Source of the DNA: Bdellovibrionales bacterium
GTDB lineage: Bacteria > Bdellovibrionota > Bdellovibrionia > Bdellovibrionales > JAGQZY01
Assembly (NCBI GenBank): GCA_964230645.1
Contig: CAXRHT010000002.1
Span: 1,696,001-1,760,000, forward strand
DNA length: 64,000 nucleotides
Direction of reading: 5' to 3'
The position numbers and the translations under genes were made by a program. The notes beneath the pieces are model-generated. The model was not told the origin of the DNA, did no database searches, and saw only the letters and a list, made by a program, of their open reading frames with translations. Of this stretch, positions 58,343 to 64,000 are shown in pieces (position 1 is the stretch's first letter; each line of letters begins with the position of its first letter).

Positions 58343-58545
58343 AAATTGTGAATCTTATTCTGCTCCCCCTATTCCTTCCGACCTTAGCTTACGCTTGGGA
58401 GCCCACTTGCACGGGTTCAATGAAAGAAAGTGGGATGAGTTCCTTACAGATTTATCTTCAATGTTATCCCAAAACGGTCATGGGAAGCGTACTTCTTGTC
58501 GGTGTCGGCCTTTTTATTGCGATGTATTTAAAACGAAAGAAGTGA
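58339..58545 (+). CDS. Small hypothetical membrane protein
   Basis: ATGA overlap with sfsA; signal peptide, two Cys, C-terminal TM plus KRKK. Confidence 0.55.
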   Translation: MKIVNLILLPLFLPTLAYAWEPTCTGSMKESGMSSLQIYLQCYPKTVMGSVLLVGVGLFIAMYLKRKK

Positions 58546-58548
58546 AAC

Positions 58549-59103
58549 TTATCTTTCTTCCTCACGAAGATAGAAAATTACTTTCACTGACTCCTGATGA
58601 GTCATACGGTCGTGAGAAACCTCGACTTGGGAATCATCAGTCGTAAAGCCATAGCGGGAGGCCTGCTGGCCCGTCCAGGTTGATAGAGCGGCTTGAGTCA
58701 AACTAGCACCGTTTTGTCTGGCTTGAAAAAAATGGTCGTAATTTGTCCCCTCAATCCAATTTCCACGAATGCCTCGAATATTTTTAAGACCAAAATAAGA
58801 AATCATTTCGTCAAATAAAAGTCGACCGGATAGTGAACTTCTAATTCCTATAGCCGGTTCGGCCATAAAAACAGAAAAAGAAACCACACCCCTATCGTTC
58901 AACGTGGCCTGGAACTCGAAAAGTTCCTCATGCTTATCTCGCACAATGAAAGTGTTACCCTGGGATAAATTGATTTTTTCGGCTGTTAATACTTGAAAGG
59001 AGGCTTTGGATGAGCGAAATACTCTCTGGCATGATAATGCTCCAAGGGCTTGGCTAGTAAGCAAGTGAGTCATTGCAAAAAAACTTAAAATGAAGAGCTT
59101 CAT
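58549..59103 (-). CDS. Secreted hypothetical protein with putative toxin-like domain
   Basis: Signal peptide, LSCQRVF, then LFDEMISYFG...IRGNWIEGTN...AALSTWTGQQASRYGF. Confidence 0.7.
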   Translation of the reverse strand: MKLFILSFFAMTHLLTSQALGALSCQRVFRSSKASFQVLTAEKINLSQGNTFIVRDKHEELFEFQATLNDRGVVSFSVFMAEPAIGIRSSLSGRLLFDEMISYFGLKNIRGIRGNWIEGTNYDHFFQARQNGASLTQAALSTWTGQQASRYGFTTDDSQVEVSHDRMTHQESVKVIFYLREEER

Positions 59104-59325
59104 AAATCACCGGTTGTGTAGGTGACTATTTTACGTGAATTTTTTCCATCTCCATAGCGAGCCTGAAAAAATAACTGGAGTGTTAAAAACATAGACACCC
59201 TGAGAGCAAGGCTCCCAGGGTGATCTGAAGAACTTAATCCCTTAGTTGAATCTTCTTAAGCAAAAGGCGCCTAACTCTTTGCCTATTCAGATATTAAAGG
59301 AAATTAAATTTTATCTAATTTCTAA

Positions 59326-59484
59326 TTATTTTTTAGTTTTGCCGTAAGCTTCTTGAGCTTTACCTTTGGCTTTGTCCATTTTTCCTTCGGCTTGAGTAGA
59401 AGGTTTGTTCATAGCTTTTCCAGCAGCTTCTTTTACACTACCTTTTGCTTGATTGGCTTTTCCTTTAGCTTCTTCTTTGTTCAT
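59326..59484 (-). CDS. CsbD family stress protein (52 aa)
   Basis: AAGGAG RBS; MNKEEAKGKANQAKGSVKEAAGKAMNKPSTQAEGKMDKAKGKAQEAYGKTKK*; below the ORF-track length cutoff. Confidence 0.9.
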   Translation of the reverse strand: MNKEEAKGKANQAKGSVKEAAGKAMNKPSTQAEGKMDKAKGKAQEAYGKTKK

Positions 59485-59642
59485 TTGAATTCTCCTTTTA
59501 GTTGAACAATTAACTTGTCTCTAAATTAGCTCAAAGTGCCGGGAGATTCTTATCCAACTTAAGTAAATTTCGTGGAGAAACGATCAATATTTCTAAAAGC
59601 TCTTAAAAAACTAGCCATGCGCTTGATTATTTAGGTTTTGGC

Positions 59643-59671
59643 AAAAAAAAAGCTCCTCGCTAGAGGAGCTT
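59643..59671 (-). terminator. Intrinsic terminator after the DsbA-family gene
   Basis: AAGCTCCTC / GAGGAGCTT stem with A-run. Confidence 0.75.
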
Positions 59672-59700
59672 CAAAAATGATTGCAATCTTAAAAATTGGA

Positions 59701-60492
59701 TTACATTTTACCTTTCATCTTAAGGTGACGATCAATCACTTCCTTAAACTTAGGGAAAGGATAAGCCCCTTTAAGAGAAACACCATTGATTAAGTAACCA
59801 GGAGTTCCTTGGAAACCAAATTTGCTGGCCTCTTGCATATCTTGATCGATAATATTGTCGATCTCATCACTTTTATTTTTAAGATCGTTTTCAAGCTTGG
59901 ACATATTGGCCCCAACTTTTTTAGCAAGCTTTTCATAAAGCTTTTCTGCTTCACCATATGTTTCGTTTTGATTGGCAAAAACAAGCTTTTTAAACTCATA
60001 AGCTTTTTCTTCATCTTGCATAGCGATCGCCTCAAAGTACTCAGAACCACGACGGGCGTTCGGGTGCTTTGATTCAAGAGGTAGGTGCTTAAAAACAAGT
60101 TTTACTTTGTCACCATACTCACTCATCACTTTACTCACTGTATCCGAACCTCTTTGGCAGAAGGGACACTGAAAGTCTGAGTATTCAACGATTGTAATGG
60201 GAGCAGATTCATTTCCTAAAACCGCACGATCACCACTGATCTCTGGTTTTTTAGGATTATTAAACTCTTCTTCCATTGATTTTTCTTCAGCCTGTTGCGC
60301 GGCCATCATTTCTTTTTTCTGTGCTTCCTGTGCGGCTCCACGTACCACTTCCATAAATCCCGCGGGATCTTTTTTAATGGCTTCAAAAACAATCTCTGGA
60401 TTGTCTTGAATTGTCTTTTTAACGAGCTCAGAGCAGGATGCGAGCAATCCAATGCACGACAATAATGTCACGATGCGAGCGAATGTTTTCAA
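59701..60492 (-). CDS. DsbA family thiol-disulfide oxidoreductase lipoprotein
   Basis: Lipobox LASC, EYSDFQCPFC, GTPG. Confidence 0.92.
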   Translation of the reverse strand: MKTFARIVTLLSCIGLLASCSELVKKTIQDNPEIVFEAIKKDPAGFMEVVRGAAQEAQKKEMMAAQQAEEKSMEEEFNNPKKPEISGDRAVLGNESAPITIVEYSDFQCPFCQRGSDTVSKVMSEYGDKVKLVFKHLPLESKHPNARRGSEYFEAIAMQDEEKAYEFKKLVFANQNETYGEAEKLYEKLAKKVGANMSKLENDLKNKSDEIDNIIDQDMQEASKFGFQGTPGYLINGVSLKGAYPFPKFKEVIDRHLKMKGKM

Positions 60493-60633
60493 AATTTCCT
60501 CCTTATAAAAGTATTACTAATAACCCAGTATTCTACACCCCTAAGCCCTTGAAAAGAAACATCCTTTTATGGCCTCAAGCGAAATGACGGGTCCAGTCGT
60601 TTTTTTGATAATTCTAGCATGAGGAGTTGTGTC

Positions 60634-61296
60634 ATGAAACTAATAGCCCTACTTATTCTTCTTCCTTCTTTCTCAATGGCAGGATTAAAGTTCCCATCGG
60701 ACCGTCTGAAAGTAATGGATATCGAAACGCTACAAAGAATTGTCGCTTCCAATCTGAATAAAGCCCAGCAAGCTGTCGCTCAAAATATTGATATTGAGTC
60801 GGAAGGTCAGTTCACAGACGATAGTCCAGCCAGCGAGTACACTCAGGACGAAGGGGCTCGTTTTATTAAAGAGTCTTTAGAATTAATTTTCGCGCGCCCC
60901 GAGCAAACTCAAGCCACCTCTGTTATTTATAGCAATGTTGAAGGTGTGGCGGTGGACTACGGTGGTATTTATCAGTTTCTCGAAACGATTGTCGCTGAGG
61001 CTCTGGAAACTCTCGATCAGGATGGAAAAGACAAAGCCCTTTTAAGAGATCAAAACACATACGTCTATATACTAAACAATATGATGGCTGAGCTAAAACC
61101 ACTGGCTCTTTCTAAAGAGGGGACTAAGTACAAGCAGATGTTCGAGCGCATTCGCGATGAAGACATCGAGTTCTCTGACTCCCTAAAGTCCTATAGAATC
61201 CTTAACAGCATGTCCAATATCGCAAATCCCTCAAAAGTGGCCGAGACCATCGTCGGGGAAAAAGACTGCTCGTGGTGGGAATTCCTCTGGTGCTAA
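60634..61296 (+). CDS. Hypothetical secreted helical protein
   Basis: GAGGAG RBS, signal peptide, C-terminal CSWWEFLWC. Confidence 0.75.
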   Translation: MKLIALLILLPSFSMAGLKFPSDRLKVMDIETLQRIVASNLNKAQQAVAQNIDIESEGQFTDDSPASEYTQDEGARFIKESLELIFARPEQTQATSVIYSNVEGVAVDYGGIYQFLETIVAEALETLDQDGKDKALLRDQNTYVYILNNMMAELKPLALSKEGTKYKQMFERIRDEDIEFSDSLKSYRILNSMSNIANPSKVAETIVGEKDCSWWEFLWC

Positions 61297-61546
61297 TAAT
61301 TCCGGCCCCAAAAGGCCGAGGCCCTTTTTATTTCGGGCGATAGAGTTCGCCCCTAATTTTTTAATTATCTACGAAACTCAAAAGTCCAGTCTGCCTGTCT
61401 TGATAACACCATTTCGAACACAAGACCTTTCTCCTTCATACTTCATGCCTGAACCAAGCACCCTTCTATATTCTCAGTTTAGTACGATGTTCTTTGTATG
61501 ATCTTATCTTTTTCACTATACAGGAGGAAAAGGAGTCATTCGGAGT

Positions 61547-61573
61547 TAAAAACTTTCAGCAATTTGCCGAATA
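61547..61573 (+). promoter_or_regulatory. Putative sigma28 (FliA) promoter
   Basis: TAAA-N15-GCCGAATA ending 7 nt before ATG 61581. Confidence 0.6.
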
Positions 61574-61580
61574 ATAGCTT

Positions 61581-62069
61581 ATGGCGCGTAAAAGCAAATC
61601 AGAAACCCTCTCATTTCTTCGGCTGGTCTCAGTGACCTTGCTGGTTTTGGGTGTGCTAACAGCGCTGAATACCGTCATCATTCTCAATAATTTGGGAACA
61701 GAAATTCTCACTCCCCTGAAACGCAATATCGCCAGTGTCGCCGAGAAAAAGAAGAATGAAGATCTTTTTGCTCCCGCCATCACACTGCGCTGGAACTGCA
61801 AAAAGCAAAATAAATTGGAACCGCACATCACGAACGCTGATCAGGTTCGCTTAGAATTTTATGAATGTGAAAAACCAGAGCGCCCCATCAACCAGGCCAA
61901 CAATAGTCAGGCCGACCTCTTTCCGATCAATAAAAACTCTTGGACTAGCGATTTCCTTCCTCTCTCACCTGGGAAAAATAAGATTGCTTTTAAAGTAGGC
62001 AAAAAATCTCAAGTTATTGAAATTACGAGGGATACCCCAAGCCCTCAAGTCGCCGATAAAGCACTTTGA
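61581..62069 (+). CDS. Hypothetical membrane-anchored protein
   Basis: N-terminal TM, RNIAS motif, Ig-like C-terminal region LSPGKNKI. Confidence 0.7.
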   Translation: MARKSKSETLSFLRLVSVTLLVLGVLTALNTVIILNNLGTEILTPLKRNIASVAEKKKNEDLFAPAITLRWNCKKQNKLEPHITNADQVRLEFYECEKPERPINQANNSQADLFPINKNSWTSDFLPLSPGKNKIAFKVGKKSQVIEITRDTPSPQVADKAL

Positions 62070-62100
62070 TTCACCCTATAAACAGTGATAAACACCTAAA

Positions 62101-62736
62101 ATGTCGAATTTTTTTAAAAGTCGAAGGGATTTGCATCTGCAAAGAAAACTCTTCCACTTTCTCACCATTCTTACCATCACTTACCTAATGGTGGTTCTTG
62201 AGCCCAAGCAGTGCTGGATGCTCTATTGGTTTGTCGGCTTTCCCATTTTTCTAATGGACCTTCTTCGCACCTATTCCCATCGCTGGAATAAGTTTTGTCT
62301 TAAAGTCATTGGCCCTGTCATTCGCGCCCAAGAGGTCTCAAAACTCTCTGGATCCTCATGGGCTTTTGTGGGCATTGGCATCACGTATTTTATCTTCCCC
62401 CCGCTCATTGCTCAGCTAGCCACTCTTTTTCTCGCTGTGGGCGACCCTATAGCCAGCTTCTTTGGAGTTCTATACGGAAAATTTAAAATTCTTGGACAAA
62501 AGAGTTTAATTGGAACTATAGCGGCCTTTGTGGCCTGCTTCATCTGTGCTCTTATCTTTTTTAATGCCGTTCACCCCACCGACCTCACATTGGGTCAAAA
62601 ATTCGTCCTTATATCCCTTGCAGCGGCCATAGGAGCTCTCACCGAGCTTATTCCCCTGGGGCGCTTAGACGATAACCTCACTCAACCTTTGATGAGTGGT
62701 GTGTTACTTTTCCTTCTTATGGGAGTGTTTCAATGA
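62101..62736 (+). CDS. Diacylglycerol/polyprenol kinase family (CTP-dependent, Dgk1-like) membrane protein
   Basis: RKLFH, GDPIASFFG, KSLIG, LDDNLT. Confidence 0.85.
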   Translation: MSNFFKSRRDLHLQRKLFHFLTILTITYLMVVLEPKQCWMLYWFVGFPIFLMDLLRTYSHRWNKFCLKVIGPVIRAQEVSKLSGSSWAFVGIGITYFIFPPLIAQLATLFLAVGDPIASFFGVLYGKFKILGQKSLIGTIAAFVACFICALIFFNAVHPTDLTLGQKFVLISLAAAIGALTELIPLGRLDDNLTQPLMSGVLLFLLMGVFQ

Positions 62737-63497
62737 ATCAACCTTTAAAAAAGGCTCGAGAGAAAATTAAAGAAACGGGAGCTTCTCATATCTATGTACT
62801 CCCCAATCTCTTAACGACGACCAATATGTTTTTTGGCTTCATGTCTATTATTTTTGCGATCCGAGGAGAGTACACCTTTGGCTCTTACGCCATTGTGGCT
62901 GCAGCCGTTTTTGACCTCCTCGACGGGCGTGTCGCAAGACTCACTGATACCACCAGCCAATTTGGTGCGGAATACGACTCTCTTTGTGATCTCGTAAGCT
63001 TCGGAATGGCTCCGGCTCTTATTATGTATTTATGGGCTCTGCAACCTTTTGGACGCGTGGGCTGGTTGGCCTGCTTCGTCTTTGTCGCCTGCGGTGCCTT
63101 GAGGCTCGCTCGGTTTAACGTGCAACAAGCCGACGAAAAAACCCATTTTCAAGGGCTCCCCATTCCTATGGCCGCTGGTATCGTCGCCTCCTCGGTCCTA
63201 TGTTTTAAAGACCTTGAAGTGGACCCCAGCCGCAACTGGCTCCTTCTCTTTATGACTTTTATGCTTGGGATTACCATGGTCAGCCAATTTCGTTATAAAA
63301 GTTTCAAAGACGTGAACTTAAAACAGAAACAGCCTTTCACTTACCTTGTTGTTGGTGTAATGGTGATTATCTTTGTGGCCTATCGGCCCGAAGTTATGCT
63401 CTTTGCATTGTTTTTCTCGTATGCTTTGTTGGGAGCGGCTTTAGGCTTGTTCCACAAAACCAAAGAAAAACGACAAGCAAAGAGGGAAAATATATGA
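62733..63497 (+). CDS. pssA: CDP-diacylglycerol--serine O-phosphatidyltransferase
   Basis: LPNLLT, DLLDGRVAR...FGAEYDSLCDLVSFG, LRLARFN. Confidence 0.93.
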   Translation: MNQPLKKAREKIKETGASHIYVLPNLLTTTNMFFGFMSIIFAIRGEYTFGSYAIVAAAVFDLLDGRVARLTDTTSQFGAEYDSLCDLVSFGMAPALIMYLWALQPFGRVGWLACFVFVACGALRLARFNVQQADEKTHFQGLPIPMAAGIVASSVLCFKDLEVDPSRNWLLLFMTFMLGITMVSQFRYKSFKDVNLKQKQPFTYLVVGVMVIIFVAYRPEVMLFALFFSYALLGAALGLFHKTKEKRQAKRENI

Positions 63498-64000
63498 GTC
63501 GGGAATTATCAGTCGGTATTGTCGGAGCCACAGGGCTCGTGGGTGAAACCTTTAGAAACCTCCTTGAAAAATCAGATCATTCTTTTAAAGAGCTTCGTCT
63601 TTTTGCTAGCGAGCGCTCAGAGGGTCTAAAGATTCCTTTTGCAGGTAAAGAGTATGAGTGCCAGGTTCTTTCAGAAAACTGCTTCAAAGGTCTTGATGTC
63701 GTATTTTTCTCCTCAGGTGATCCCATCAGTAAAGAATGGGCCCCAAAAGCAGCGGAGCAAGGAGCTATTGCTGTCGACAATTCGGCAGCCTATAGAATGG
63801 ATGAAAACACACCTCTTGTGGTTCCTGAAATCAATTTTTCTCAAATCAATGAGCCCACAAAACCGCGGGTTATTGCCAATCCCAATTGCTCCACCATCCA
63901 ATTGGTGATGCTTCTTGAAGCTCTTAAAAAATTCTCGTTAAAAGAAGTGCGAGTGGCCAGTTATCAATCTGTGAGTGGTGCTGGTAAAGAAGGGATGGAA
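63494..64000 (+). CDS. asd: Aspartate-semialdehyde dehydrogenase (runs off window end)
   Basis: Hand translation: MSRELSVGIVGATGLVG..., DNSAAYRM, IANPNCSTIQ, SYQSVSGAG. Confidence 0.93.
   Translation, partial: MSRELSVGIVGATGLVGETFRNLLEKSDHSFKELRLFASERSEGLKIPFAGKEYECQVLSENCFKGLDVVFFSSGDPISKEWAPKAAEQGAIAVDNSAAYRMDENTPLVVPEINFSQINEPTKPRVIANPNCSTIQLVMLLEALKKFSLKEVRVASYQSVSGAGKEGME

Overview
Gene-dense, AT-leaning chromosomal segment, most likely from a Bdellovibrionota (Bdellovibrio-like predator). That placement is inferred from a 2232-aa mosaic phage-tail-fibre-like adhesin, secreted hypotheticals and the lipA-E2-lpdA-lipB cluster. Most genes are housekeeping or accessory: putA (partial), typA, acs, dps, cobB, lemA/TPM, sfsA, pssA, asd (partial), peptidases, transporters and LPS glycosyltransferases. 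I see no rRNA, tRNA, CRISPR-cas, transposase, integrase or reverse transcriptase. The strongest non-routine signals are: (1) a 176-bp hairpin with 49-bp arms (6826-7001), flanked on one side by an extreme, distance-decaying strand bias at synonymous sites that resembles ssDNA deamination; (2) five REP-like palindrome loci with polarised, decaying tandem copies of their arms; (3) a stand-alone secreted protein resembling a polymorphic-toxin tip domain; (4) the giant fibre adhesin behind a sigma28-type promoter; (5) recurrent leaderless promoter architecture; (6) two small ORFs missed by the ORF track. All calls come from reading the sequence by eye; no database searches were run.
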